Notes under the pieces: generated by a model
Database searches by the model: none
What the model saw: only the letters and a program-made list of their open reading frames with translations
What the model was told of the DNA's origin: nothing
Position numbers and translations under genes: made by a program
Shown: one piece after another, positions 7,460-17,116 of the stretch
How the letters are laid out: each line of letters opens with the position of its first letter
Numbering within the stretch: the first letter of the stretch is position 1
Source of the DNA: an uncultured bacterium
Lineage (GTDB): Bacteria; Hydrogenedentota; Hydrogenedentia; Hydrogenedentales; JAEUWI01
NCBI GenBank assembly: GCA_963977445.1
Contig: CAXBPH010000096.1
Location: 1 to 22,439, forward strand
Reading direction: 5' to 3'
Length of the DNA stretch: 22,439 nucleotides

Positions 7460-10030
7460 ATGAACCAGCGTTTGCATGGAGCTATTCTGGCCGTCATCAA
7501 CGGCCTCTTCACACTGTCCGTCTTCGCATCCCCACCCGGCAGTTGGCCCGAGCCCCGGCAGAATGCCCAACTCACGGCCGCCCAGCCCATGGCGGGGGCC
7601 ATGGTGAATGCACCCATCCCCGTGGCCACCTTCGATTCGGGGCGCAGTCAGGCTGCTCTGTTACACGTACGCATCGAGGACAGCGATTACGCCCTGTTCC
7701 TCGCGGCGGGCACCCTTTACTGCTACGACGTCGACGGTACGGAACGTTGGGCCCTCCACCCGGAGGGCCTCAATTTCGAAGTCATTTCCCGTATCGCAGA
7801 CTTCGACAACGACGGACATCAGGAAATACTCCTCCAGGCGGGCCGCCCCACCAGTCCCTACGCCGCCGCGACCCTCGTCGATCTGGAAAGCGGCACCTTG
7901 CGATGGCGCTACGAGGTGGAGCCCATGTCCTATCAGTGGTATCTCTACGTGGGCAACTACCTGCCCGGCCGGGACGACCAGCAGATTTTTGTGGTCATGA
8001 TGGGCTATCCACCCGATCCGAAGAACGGCTATTGCACGCTATTCGCCTTTGATGGAAAGGAAGGTGTACCGAGCCAGCAGTGGCGCTATGATTTCCACGA
8101 ATACACCTGTTTTCCGACTTTCTACCAATCGGATCTGGATGGCGATGGTGTGGCGGAGCTGGCCATCGAAACACACAGCCGCATGTGGTTCCTCGACGCC
8201 GTGGAAGGCACCCTGAAAAACTTCACCCAATGGGACGTTAGCCCGGCGAACACGCGGAGCTATGGCTACACCCGCTTCGTCGATTTGAATGGCGACGGAC
8301 GGGAAGACTTCCTCTGTATCGCCAATTTTTCCCAACACCACGAAGTCCTGCTCAATCGCGGTGGCACCCTTGAAAAAGTATGGCACCAGGGCTGGGCGGA
8401 AAGCGTTACGACAGGAAAAGTGGTGACCACCTGGCCCGAGCCGCCCTATGCCGATGTGGATGGTGATGGCGACCTCGAAATCATCGTGTCCATGTACAAC
8501 AGTGAAGACGAAGGCGCCTGGCTCACCCGGGTCTACGACGCCGTCGATGGGACCCTCCAATACCGCGTTCCCGGCGTGATTGCGACGGGAACGGCCGATC
8601 TCGATGGCGACGGCGATGCCGAGCTCATGGCCAATCGCTCTACCGATCCAACCCGGAGCAGGTTGGACGGGGCGGTCCTGCTCGACGTGATGGATGGCAC
8701 CCTGTCCATACGTTGGGAAGATAGCCAGGCCCGTGCAAGCGAATCGGCGACCACCGTTGTTCTTCCCGATGGCGCTATCCGATTGGTGACAGTGGGGGAG
8801 GGGGGTACCATCACCCTTGCCGCACCGCCCGCCGTTGCGCCAGCGTCTCCTGGCCCTGATTTTTCGAAGGTGCCCGCCCTGGTCGGACCGGGGATGCCCA
8901 TGCTGCTCTCGGGCGATCTGAGCGGTGATGGACATCAGGAGCTTCTGCTCTATCAGGCACCGAAGTTGACCCTGTTGGCCCGCGACGGGGATAGGCTGGT
9001 CGTTGCGGCGACCTACGATTCCACGAGCCCCCCGACCCTGGCCGATTTTGATGGAGATGGGCGGTTGGATTTGGCCCTGACGAACATCAGCCCCACCGCC
9101 ACGCCCCACGTGCGCGTTATTTGCCCCAGCCAGGGAGACCGGGTCGTTTGGGAAACACGCTTTCCCGAAACCGACCGGGCGGGCTTGCCCCAGCCCCGAA
9201 AGGCCTACACGCGGACCATCCACCTGACCGGAAAGGAAACACCCGATCTTTATGTATGGGCCGGTACGCCTATCGTGCGTAGCGTGGGCTTGGATGGCAT
9301 GACCGGTGCCCTGCTCTGGGAAAAAGGCGAAGGGGTCAAGGAGCGCTATTGGGGACCCAGCGTAAACTATGCTTCGGCCTGGGATTTCAACGGAGACGGT
9401 AAGGAAGACCTCGTTTTTACCAATCCCGATTACTACTGCGTCGCCGACGGCCCCACGGGAGACCTGCTGCTGGGACCCAGCTTTCCACCGACGATTTTTG
9501 ACCAGCCCAGTCAGGGGCTCTACACCTACCCGGCCATTTTGGACAGGGGCAAAGACGTGCCCGAAGTCTGTCTTGTGGGTGGGCACTATTTCCAGGGGGC
9601 CATGTCCCTGACCGCCGAACCCTATTGGTATGCCGCCACCACACCCGGCGAAAACCGCTCGGGCCATGAGGCCTTCCTCACGACGGCCGAAGGCACCTGG
9701 CTCATGGGCTATGGACGGCAAAATGGCCAGTTTGCCTGCGTAGACAGTCGCACGGGTGCCGTGCGCTGGGAGTTTGATGTGAAGGCCACCTGTTCCGATG
9801 TAATCAGTGGCGACGTGGACGGCGATGGTCGGCAGGAGTTCATTTTTGGCACGAGCCACGGGGAAATCATCGCCCTCGGAGATGACGGCGCCCAACCGCG
9901 CGTGGTGTGGCGCATACAGACGGGCCAGGCCATGGGCATGCCCATTCTGGCGGATTTTGACGGCGACGGCGCGGTAGAACTGGCCTGTGTCCAGGCAGAT
10001 GGCATCATCGGGATTTGGGACGGTCCCTGA
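7460..10030 (+). CDS. Secreted FG-GAP/VCBS-repeat beta-propeller protein
   Basis: Ten Dx(D/N/S)(G/N)DGxx(D/E) calcium-type motifs, PQQ-like GxxxW repeats and a signal peptide. AGGA at 7451 supports ATG 7460. Confidence 0.85.
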   Translation: MNQRLHGAILAVINGLFTLSVFASPPGSWPEPRQNAQLTAAQPMAGAMVNAPIPVATFDSGRSQAALLHVRIEDSDYALFLAAGTLYCYDVDGTERWALHPEGLNFEVISRIADFDNDGHQEILLQAGRPTSPYAAATLVDLESGTLRWRYEVEPMSYQWYLYVGNYLPGRDDQQIFVVMMGYPPDPKNGYCTLFAFDGKEGVPSQQWRYDFHEYTCFPTFYQSDLDGDGVAELAIETHSRMWFLDAVEGTLKNFTQWDVSPANTRSYGYTRFVDLNGDGREDFLCIANFSQHHEVLLNRGGTLEKVWHQGWAESVTTGKVVTTWPEPPYADVDGDGDLEIIVSMYNSEDEGAWLTRVYDAVDGTLQYRVPGVIATGTADLDGDGDAELMANRSTDPTRSRLDGAVLLDVMDGTLSIRWEDSQARASESATTVVLPDGAIRLVTVGEGGTITLAAPPAVAPASPGPDFSKVPALVGPGMPMLLSGDLSGDGHQELLLYQAPKLTLLARDGDRLVVAATYDSTSPPTLADFDGDGRLDLALTNISPTATPHVRVICPSQGDRVVWETRFPETDRAGLPQPRKAYTRTIHLTGKETPDLYVWAGTPIVRSVGLDGMTGALLWEKGEGVKERYWGPSVNYASAWDFNGDGKEDLVFTNPDYYCVADGPTGDLLLGPSFPPTIFDQPSQGLYTYPAILDRGKDVPEVCLVGGHYFQGAMSLTAEPYWYAATTPGENRSGHEAFLTTAEGTWLMGYGRQNGQFACVDSRTGAVRWEFDVKATCSDVISGDVDGDGRQEFIFGTSHGEIIALGDDGAQPRVVWRIQTGQAMGMPILADFDGDGAVELACVQADGIIGIWDGP

Positions 10031-10047
10031 GCAGTATTTTGCAAGGA

Positions 10048-11082
10048 TTACTCGGTTGTTGCCGCGGTGGCCTGAAAAAAGTTGACCAGCCGTTTTTCCA
10101 GCCAATAATCGGGGGCCCAGGGCCAACGGCCGCCCACAAAGCCAACATGGCCGCCCCGTTCCGTCCATTGGGGATAGAGCCAGGGCGAGGATTCGGCAAT
10201 CTCGTGGGGAATCGTCTCCGGCGGATTAAAGGGGTCATCGGCCGATGTGATTAACAACGTGGGTACACGAATCGCGTCGAGAAACTGAGAACAACCCACC
10301 TTTTTCCAATAGTCCATGGCATCTTCAAAGCCATGTAATCGGGCCGTCACATCCGTATCAAAAACCTGGAAAGACGTGCAGGTCCGCACCTTCTCTGCAT
10401 CGATACAGTCTGGAAATTGGCGCTCTTTCTCCAGGGCCTTGGGCACGAGGGTCCGCAGGAATCGTTTTACATAAAGCCCACCCAGCGCCTGCTCCAGCCT
10501 ATCAATCGCCACGTCGGGGCGAAAGGGTGGGGATAGGGCCGCTGCCGATTGGACGACCGGGGGCACGACTTCACCCTGTTCACCGAGCCATTTGCAGAGC
10601 ACGTTCGCACCCAACGACACCCCCGCGATATGGAGTTTGTCCACCCGGGAGCGTTCAGGAAGCTGGGAGACCACCCAATCGAGATCGGTGGTCTCGCCCA
10701 TGTGATAAATACGTTTGGTGCGATTGACGGCACCATCGCAAGAGCGGAACATCATGACCGCCACGTTCCACCCGATTTTGTGGAAGGCGTGGCCGAAGGC
10801 CGTGAGGTAAAACGACCCTATCGTGCCCTCCAGTCCATGGAGCAGTAGCACCCACGGTTTCTCGGGGGCACCCCGGTGGAAATACAGGCTGAGGTCATCG
10901 CCGTCGGGTGTTTCCCACAGCTCCCGTTCCCACGGGATGGGCTTCTGGCGGCGGAAGAGGGGTCCCCAGCAGGTCTGGGCATGACGATTGCGCAGCCACC
11001 ACGCAGGACGAAAGGGCACTCCATCCAGATGGACTCCCATCTTGTTCTTCGTGTCCGTGGGCGTGAGTGTAATTTCAGTCAT
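10048..11082 (-). CDS. YheT/ABHD1-3-like alpha/beta hydrolase
   Basis: WWL.N.HAQT, LHGLEG, nucleophile GVSLG, ADDP, GGHVGF. Confidence 0.9.
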   Translation of the reverse strand: MTEITLTPTDTKNKMGVHLDGVPFRPAWWLRNRHAQTCWGPLFRRQKPIPWERELWETPDGDDLSLYFHRGAPEKPWVLLLHGLEGTIGSFYLTAFGHAFHKIGWNVAVMMFRSCDGAVNRTKRIYHMGETTDLDWVVSQLPERSRVDKLHIAGVSLGANVLCKWLGEQGEVVPPVVQSAAALSPPFRPDVAIDRLEQALGGLYVKRFLRTLVPKALEKERQFPDCIDAEKVRTCTSFQVFDTDVTARLHGFEDAMDYWKKVGCSQFLDAIRVPTLLITSADDPFNPPETIPHEIAESSPWLYPQWTERGGHVGFVGGRWPWAPDYWLEKRLVNFFQATAATTE

Positions 11083-11112
11083 AGGGAATCTTTCAAAAAA
11101 CAGCTATCGTGG

Positions 11113-11142
11113 TTGTGCCTGTATTCGGCACCTTGTTACACT
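11113..11142 (+). promoter_or_regulatory. Putative sigma70 promoter of rraA
   Basis: TTGTGC (11113-11118), 18 nt, then TACACT (11137-11142) with an extended -10 TG. Confidence 0.45.
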
Positions 11143-11173
11143 CAGCTACACCCTATTTAATTGGAGAACTGCA

Positions 11174-11665
11174 ATGGAATTCAAGACAGCCGACCTGTGC
11201 GACCACTTTTCAGAACGCGTACAGATAGTAGAAGAAACTTTTGGCGACTTTGGTGGCAAGGTCCGCTTTGGTGGACCCATCGAAACCATCAAGGCCTTTG
11301 AAGACAACAGCCGGGTCCGGGAATGCGTAAGCGAGCCGGGCAAAGGGCGGGTCCTCGTGGTCGATGGCGGTGCCTCCATGCGCCGGGCCATGTTGGGCGA
11401 TATGCTCGCCGCCACCGCCGTGGAAAACGGCTGGGCCGGTATCGTGATTTACGGCTGTGTCCGTGATTCTGCCGAAATCGCCGAAATGGATATTGGCGTG
11501 AAGGCCATTGGCACCCATCCCTGCAAGACGGAAAAACGCGGTCTCGGTGAGCGCGGTGTTTCGATTCGCTTTGCCGGCGTGAACTTCGAGCCCGGGCACT
11601 ATCTCTATGCCGACGAAGATGGCATCCTCGTTTCCGAGACCCCCCTGGAATTGCCGAAAGATTGA
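11174..11665 (+). CDS. rraA: RraA/MenG family protein (RNase E regulator / HMG aldolase-like)
   Basis: TADLCD, FEDNS, GRVLVVDGG, GWAGIVIYGCVRD, YADEDG. GGAG at 11163 supports ATG 11174. Confidence 0.93.
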   Translation: MEFKTADLCDHFSERVQIVEETFGDFGGKVRFGGPIETIKAFEDNSRVRECVSEPGKGRVLVVDGGASMRRAMLGDMLAATAVENGWAGIVIYGCVRDSAEIAEMDIGVKAIGTHPCKTEKRGLGERGVSIRFAGVNFEPGHYLYADEDGILVSETPLELPKD

Positions 11666-11699
11666 GTCAGAACCCGGCCCAAAGAGTGCATCCCCATGG

Positions 11700-11729
11700 C
11701 CACGGTTGGACGGCCACGTCCAGCCGTGG
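11700..11729. repeat. Isolated 13-bp-stem intergenic hairpin, probably REP-like
   Basis: CCACGGTTGGACG-GCCA-CGTCCAGCCGTGG with one G.T pair and no U-tract. Confidence 0.6.
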
Positions 11730-11775
11730 TGCGTGGAATGGGCCCCGTCACGGCGTGGCAACCGGAGACGCCTGA

Positions 11776-12657
11776 ATGCTCGCGTGGACGCCCCAATTCC
11801 CCAACGCGGCCCTGCCCCTGGCCTATTGGCGTCTCCTGAAGGCGCGCCACGGCTATTTTGACCGGGTGGGCCTGAAACTGGGCCCCTGGGGACTCCCCCA
11901 TTTTACCCACCGTGCCGGATACCAGCAGCGCCTGGCCCTTATGCGCAATAAGCAAAAGGACCGCCGCTGTTTTATCATCGCCAACGGACCCAGCCTCCAG
12001 CAATTGGACATGACCAAGCTACGTCGTGAGCTGACCCTGGGCTGCAACGGCATTTATGCCGCCTTCCCCGACTGGGGCTTTCATACCTCCTACCTCGTCT
12101 ACGAAGATATCGAACAACTCGAGTTGCGCCGTCACGACGTGGGCAAGGTGAAAGGCCCCATCAAGATGGCGGCCCTCTACAACGCCTATGCCTTCAAGGC
12201 CGACCGCCAAACCCTCTTTTTTAATGCCCCACGGATGCGCGGACAGCGCTATTACTGGGAAGACCTCTATCCCCAGTTTTCCACCGATTTCGCCTCCATC
12301 GTTCACCTCGGCAGCACCGTGACCTATATCATGCTCCAGCTCGCCTACCACCTGGGCTGCAATCCCGTCTATATCGTGGGGCTGGACCACGACTACGGCG
12401 AATTGCCCAAACGCTTCCCGCCGGGGAAGATCACCATCACCGAAGAGAATGTAGAGATGATTCGGGGACTCCATTTCAGCAACACCTACTACCAGGTGGG
12501 CGACCAGATTGGCGTACCCGACGTGGCACGGCAAGAAGCCGCCTACACCCTGGCCCGGGATGCCTTCGTGGCCGACGGACGGCAGGTCTTCAACGCCAGC
12601 GCCCACACCGCCCTGGATGTTTTCGAGCGGTGCGACTTTGACGGGTTGTTTGGCTAA
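11776..12657 (+). CDS. DUF115/MptE-like (Maf/sialyltransferase-fold) protein
   Basis: RCFIIANGPSL, GCNGIY, STVTYIMLQLAYHLG.NPVYIVGLDHDY, HF...Y. GGAG at 11764. Confidence 0.75.
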   Translation: MLAWTPQFPNAALPLAYWRLLKARHGYFDRVGLKLGPWGLPHFTHRAGYQQRLALMRNKQKDRRCFIIANGPSLQQLDMTKLRRELTLGCNGIYAAFPDWGFHTSYLVYEDIEQLELRRHDVGKVKGPIKMAALYNAYAFKADRQTLFFNAPRMRGQRYYWEDLYPQFSTDFASIVHLGSTVTYIMLQLAYHLGCNPVYIVGLDHDYGELPKRFPPGKITITEENVEMIRGLHFSNTYYQVGDQIGVPDVARQEAAYTLARDAFVADGRQVFNASAHTALDVFERCDFDGLFG

Positions 12658-12665
12658 CCGCCCCC

Positions 12666-13213
12666 GTTCCAGAAAAAGACGCCAAGGGTGTCACCTATAC
12701 AGACGTGAGGTACGAAGGGCCTTATGGGTGTGGGGCGCCCAAGTGAAGTAGTACGTTCTCAAATCGCCAAGCACCTCGGTCGTGCCGCGCGATCCGGTAC
12801 TCCGCTTCGTGCGTAGGTCTGACGGGCCTCAGTTCCAGAAAAAGAAACGGTGAAGGGTGCCACCTATACGGACGTGAGGAACGAACGGCCTTATGGGTGA
12901 AGGGTCCCCAAGAGGATTCGCCCTCTCTCAAATCGCCAAACTCCCCGGTCGTGCCGCGCGATCCGGTACTCCGGTTCGTGCGTAGGTCTGACGGGCCTCA
13001 GTTCCAGAAAAAGAAACTGTGAAGGGTGCCACCTATACGGATGTGAGGTACGAACGGCCTTATGGGTGAAGGGTCCCCAAGAGGATTCGCCCTCTCTCAA
13101 ATCGCCAAACTCCCCGGTCGTGCCGCGCGATCCGGTACTCCGGTTCGTGCGTATGGAGCAAATCGGCACCCGTAAGCTCCCCCGCTTCGCTCCTCCGCGT
13201 AAGGGTGGCACCC
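12666..13213. repeat. Tandem array of three ~169-bp units closed by one inverted hairpin
   Basis: GGGTG(T/C)CACC at 12686, 12855, 13024; GTGCCGCGCGATCC at 12782, 12951, 13120; inverted arm at 13166-13213. Confidence 0.95.
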
Positions 13214-13321
13214 CCGAAGTAGGCCATCCATCCAGCCGGTTGTTTCCACGCCCGTGAAACTTCATACCTTGGGGGCCAGTCCATTGTTGACTACACCCAA
13301 GCCAACCGAGAGGATTCCACC

Positions 13322-14626
13322 ATGCGCGTCCGTTGCCTGATTCCCGTCTTGTTGCTCGCCCTGATTCCCGCTTATGCCGCACTGGCCGACACCTTTAAGG
13401 TCGGCTACGCGAAGGCCGACATTACCCCCACGGCCCCCATGCCCATGTGGGGCTATGGCGCACGACACGATGCCCTCTCCCAGGGCGTACGCGACCCCCT
13501 CCACGCCAAAGCGGTCGTCATCGAAGCGGGGGACAAGAAACTCGCCCTCGTGGGCCTCGATTTGGGCCGTTCGCCTGAGGCGGACATGATGGACCGCATC
13601 CGCACCGCCGTAAAGGCCACTTCTGCCATCGACTTTGTCATGCTCTCCGGCTCCCACACTCACCACGGCCCGGTCCTGGAATTGCGCGACGAGGAAGGCA
13701 TGGGCAAAGGCAAATTCGACGATGCCGTGGCCTATGTGAAGACCCTCGAAGAAAAACTCATTGCGGTCATCAACGAGGCGGCAGCGAATACCCAGGACGC
13801 CCGTATCGGGTGGGGTTCGGCCGATGTCGATAGAAACCGGAACCGCCACAAGAAATTCGAACCCAAGCCCACCGACCCCGAGTTGACGGTCATCCGATTC
13901 GACGACCTCGACGGCAAACCCATCGCCCTCATGACCAACTTCTCTGCCCACCCCACCATGCTGCCCGGCGAAGACCTCCGATTTTCCGCCGAATGGCCCG
14001 GCGAAATGATGAAGTATGTGGAAGCCGAAATGGGCACCAACGTGGGCTTCCTCCAGGGCTCTGCCGGTGACCTTTCCTGCAAACCCACGGAGACCACCAA
14101 CACCATCGATACCTTCGGTCCCGCCATTGGCGCGGAGGTCGTCGAGATCGCCAAGGCTATCGAGACCAAGGTGCCTGAGAAGCCCTCCATCCAGGGCAAA
14201 GACCAGGACTTTCACTACGATACGCGCATACCCGTGGACAACGACATCGTAAAGGGTTTGCTGGCGAAGGCCTTCTTTCCCGAGTTTGGCGCAGCCGCCT
14301 TTTCGCCCATGAAAGGGAACAAGATTAATCCCCACCTCACCACCATCCTCATCAACAACGAGTTGGCTCTTGTCGGCGGCTCCGGTGAATTCTTCTGCGA
14401 CCACGCCAAGCGCCTCAAGGAACGGGCCTGGGATATGAAGGCGGTTTTCGTGGGCTACTGCAACGGACACCACATGTATTTCCCCACCATCGAAGGGGCT
14501 TCGGTGGGTGGTTACGGCGCCGATGCCACCGTAAGCTGGGTACCCCTCGGTGCGGGCGAAGAGATGGTCAACACCGCTCTCATCAACCTCTACACCATGC
14601 AAGGGAAATATAAACTGCCCATGTGA
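13322..14626 (+). CDS. Secreted neutral/alkaline ceramidase-like metallohydrolase
   Basis: Signal peptide; KVG.AKADITP, DPLHAKAVV, SHTHHGP, NFSAHPT, GEFF. Confidence 0.8.
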   Translation: MRVRCLIPVLLLALIPAYAALADTFKVGYAKADITPTAPMPMWGYGARHDALSQGVRDPLHAKAVVIEAGDKKLALVGLDLGRSPEADMMDRIRTAVKATSAIDFVMLSGSHTHHGPVLELRDEEGMGKGKFDDAVAYVKTLEEKLIAVINEAAANTQDARIGWGSADVDRNRNRHKKFEPKPTDPELTVIRFDDLDGKPIALMTNFSAHPTMLPGEDLRFSAEWPGEMMKYVEAEMGTNVGFLQGSAGDLSCKPTETTNTIDTFGPAIGAEVVEIAKAIETKVPEKPSIQGKDQDFHYDTRIPVDNDIVKGLLAKAFFPEFGAAAFSPMKGNKINPHLTTILINNELALVGGSGEFFCDHAKRLKERAWDMKAVFVGYCNGHHMYFPTIEGASVGGYGADATVSWVPLGAGEEMVNTALINLYTMQGKYKLPM

Positions 14627-14658
14627 GAAGGGCCTTGGCTCCAGAGCGACAATGGCAA

Positions 14659-14962
14659 GGGTGCCACCCGATCCCGCTGTAGGGCGTCCCAGACGCGCTT
14701 ACGGCGGGTTCGGGTGTCTTGAGCGAAATTGGCCCCAGTCTATCGTGTGCGACGACACCGTAGCTTTGTGTAAGACAAACGAGGGCGTCACGACGGTGTT
14801 TCACAAAGCTACGGCCCAGCGTTGTCTGCGGGCAATTTCGTGTCAGAGGCTCAAGGCACCCGAACGCACCACCCATTACGCCAGTTCAACACCGTACCTT
14901 CTCATCAGCAGAATATCCTCAGCCGCCCTCAATTGTGGACGTGGTGCGATCGGGTGGCACCC
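14659..14962. mobile_element. 304-bp REPIN/MITE-like nested palindrome
   Basis: Perfect 15-bp terminal IR GGGTGCCACCCGATC; inner IRs 14708-14724/14849-14865, 14724-14731/14833-14840 and 14758-14770/14802-14814. Mobility is inferred. Confidence 0.75.
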
Positions 14963-15031
14963 CGACGGTTTTTCTGGTGAAACCAAGAATTTGCGACGCT
15001 GTCCCATAAACTGCACCGTCGGCTCCCCTTT

Positions 15032-15040
15032 TGTTAGACT
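15032..15040 (+). promoter_or_regulatory. Putative extended -10 promoter of the fucosidase gene
   Basis: TGTTAGACT, 37 nt upstream of ATG 15078; no clear -35. Confidence 0.4.
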
Positions 15041-15077
15041 GCTTCCTGGACCTTTAAAAATCTTCAGGAGTACGATC

Positions 15078-16547
15078 ATGATTCGAATCGCCACCGTCCT
15101 TTTTCTCACCGCCACGGCGCTGCTCGCCACCACCACCCACGCCGCTGAGCCACCCGCGCCCTACGGAGCCGTCCCCACAGAGCGCCAGCTTGCCTGGCAC
15201 GAACTCGAATACTACGGCTTCCTCCATTTCACTATGAACACCTTCACGGGCAAAGAATGGGGTTATGGCGACGAAACACTGGAGACTTTCAATCCCACCG
15301 AACTCGATGTGAATCAATGGGTTCGCGTGGCGAAAGACGCGGGCATGAAGGGCCTCATCCTCACCTGCAAACACCACGATGGCTTCGTCTTGTGGCCCTC
15401 GAAATATACAGAGCACTCTATCGCGAACACGCCCTACAAAGACGGCAAGGGCGACATCGTGGGCGAGCTGGCGGCGGCCTGCAAGGAAGCCGGACTGACC
15501 TTCGGTGTCTACCTTTCCCCCTGGGACCGCAACCACCCCGAGTATGGCCGGCCCGCCTATGTGGAGTATTTTCGCAACCAACTTCGCGAACTCCTGACCA
15601 ACTACGGCACCATCCAGGAGGTCTGGTTCGACGGGGCCAATGGCGGCGATGGCTACTATGGTGGTGCGAAGGAAGAACGGCGTATTGACCGGTCCACTTA
15701 CTATGGCTGGGACGAGACCTGGGCCCTGGTTCGCGAATTGCAGCCCAACGCCATCCTGTTCTCGGACATCGGACCTGACATCCGTTGGGTGGGCAATGAA
15801 AAAGGCTTTGCGGGCGACCCCTCTTGGGCCACCTATACACCCCACGGCGTGGAAGAGGGCCAGGCCCCCGCACCGGGACTCGTGAAATATAAAGAGGGCG
15901 TCAATGGCCATGCCGATGGGGAACAGTGGTTGCCCGCCGAAGTGGATGTGAGCATTCGTCCGGGCTGGTTCTACCACGAAGACCAAAACGACAAGGTCCG
16001 CACCCCGGAGAACCTGCTCAATCTCTACTACCAGTCCGTGGGACGTGGCGCGTCCTTGTTGCTCAATATTCCACCCGATCCCCGTGGCCTGATTCATGAT
16101 GCCGACATCGCGTCCCTGCTGGAATTCCGTGCAATGCGCGATAGCATTTTCGACGTCAATCTGGCCGCCAATGCCACGGTGGACGACGCACCCGTGCGCG
16201 GCGATGATGCCCAGTTTGCAGCGTCGAATCTGCTCGACGGCGACCTGAAAACCTATTGGTCCACCGACGATGCAACGACGACGGCCTCCGTATCCATCAC
16301 CCTCGATAGGGAACAAACCTTCAACCACATCGTCCTGCAGGAATACATCGCCCTCGGCCAACGGGTGCGTGAGTTTTCCGTCGACGCCTGGGTTGATGGT
16401 GCCTGGAAGCAAATCGCGAAGGGTACGTCCATCGGATACAAGCGCATCCTGAAAACGGAACCGGTAACCACGACCAAGGTACGTCTCAACATCGATGCCG
16501 CAGCCGCCTGCCCCGCCATGGCCAGCTTCGAGCTCTATGAGGGCTGA
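15078..16547 (+). CDS. GH29 alpha-L-fucosidase with C-terminal F5/8 type C (CBM32-like) domain
   Basis: KHHDGF.LW, YLSPWD, nucleophile WFDG, SIRPGWFYH, LLLNIPP. AGGAG at 15066 and a signal peptide support ATG 15078. Confidence 0.93.
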   Translation: MIRIATVLFLTATALLATTTHAAEPPAPYGAVPTERQLAWHELEYYGFLHFTMNTFTGKEWGYGDETLETFNPTELDVNQWVRVAKDAGMKGLILTCKHHDGFVLWPSKYTEHSIANTPYKDGKGDIVGELAAACKEAGLTFGVYLSPWDRNHPEYGRPAYVEYFRNQLRELLTNYGTIQEVWFDGANGGDGYYGGAKEERRIDRSTYYGWDETWALVRELQPNAILFSDIGPDIRWVGNEKGFAGDPSWATYTPHGVEEGQAPAPGLVKYKEGVNGHADGEQWLPAEVDVSIRPGWFYHEDQNDKVRTPENLLNLYYQSVGRGASLLLNIPPDPRGLIHDADIASLLEFRAMRDSIFDVNLAANATVDDAPVRGDDAQFAASNLLDGDLKTYWSTDDATTTASVSITLDREQTFNHIVLQEYIALGQRVREFSVDAWVDGAWKQIAKGTSIGYKRILKTEPVTTTKVRLNIDAAAACPAMASFELYEG

Positions 16548-16684
16548 GTCCAAAGGGAGCGAACAGTCACTCCGGTGCCCGCCGCTTGGGAGTCTCCGGA
16601 CGATGAGCCGTTGGGCGTCGCCAAACGAGCGGAAGGCGGGGGAGTAGGGAGTCGCCCACGGTAGTCACGGAAGCTACGCTTCTA

Positions 16685-17116
16685 TCAAAGAACCGGTAGT
16701 ATATCTTTCGCCTGCGGCCACCAAAATTCCTGAATCCGATCGTCTCCCATCGGCATGAGACGGCTCACCTGCCAGCCGTTGTCGCGCAGGGTCAGTTCCA
16801 TGGATTGGGCACACGGTGTGTTCGTCGAATGAATCAGAATCGGGCAACAGGGTGCCTGTGTCGCGAGGAATTCCGCCACATCCCGCCCGTCTCCTGGGTC
16901 GGGCGCGTCCACCGTATCCGCGATGAGGTCGTGGTCCAATGCAATGAGTTGGGGCTCCTCCTTCCGATCAAGATAACCACGGATGAAAGTCGGGGCGGTG
17001 CACCAGTGAAGAAGGAGGGAGCCGTGCGCATTCTTGTGGAGAACCTCCGAAAAAGAGTCGATACGATCCGTGTCATCTTCAAGCATCAATATGCTCTTGC
17101 CTGTTGAGGCGGTCAT
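16685..17116 (-). CDS. Standalone DHD-type receiver domain (cyclic-phosphate-processing REC-like)
   Basis: LEDD..R, IALDHDL, GDG.DVAEFL, IHSTN...AQSM; lacks the canonical beta-5 Lys. Start overlaps the vapC stop (ATGA). Confidence 0.8.
   Translation of the reverse strand: MTASTGKSILMLEDDTDRIDSFSEVLHKNAHGSLLLHWCTAPTFIRGYLDRKEEPQLIALDHDLIADTVDAPDPGDGRDVAEFLATQAPCCPILIHSTNTPCAQSMELTLRDNGWQVSRLMPMGDDRIQEFWWPQAKDILPVL

Noticed and set aside
8039..10168. Long antisense ORFs (also 4651..5658, 13262..14602, 15054..16553, 1617..2531, 3316..4194)
   Set aside because: Shadow frames of GC-rich real genes with no recognisable motifs.
14550..15077. Long N-terminal extensions in the ORF track (fucosidase; also 6116, 7418, 10988, 22106)
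   Set aside because: They run through repeats or neighbouring genes; downstream ATGs have an RBS and/or signal peptide.
16550..16680. Cobalamin-riboswitch-like words (AAAGGGA, TCCGGTGCCCGCCGC, GGAAGGC)
   Set aside because: No GCCACTG or proper spacing, and it lies between convergent 3' ends. An Rfam scan would settle it.
16685..17116. Ordinary two-component response regulator
   Set aside because: DHD and HSTN motifs, missing beta-5 Lys, no output domain and no kinase nearby.
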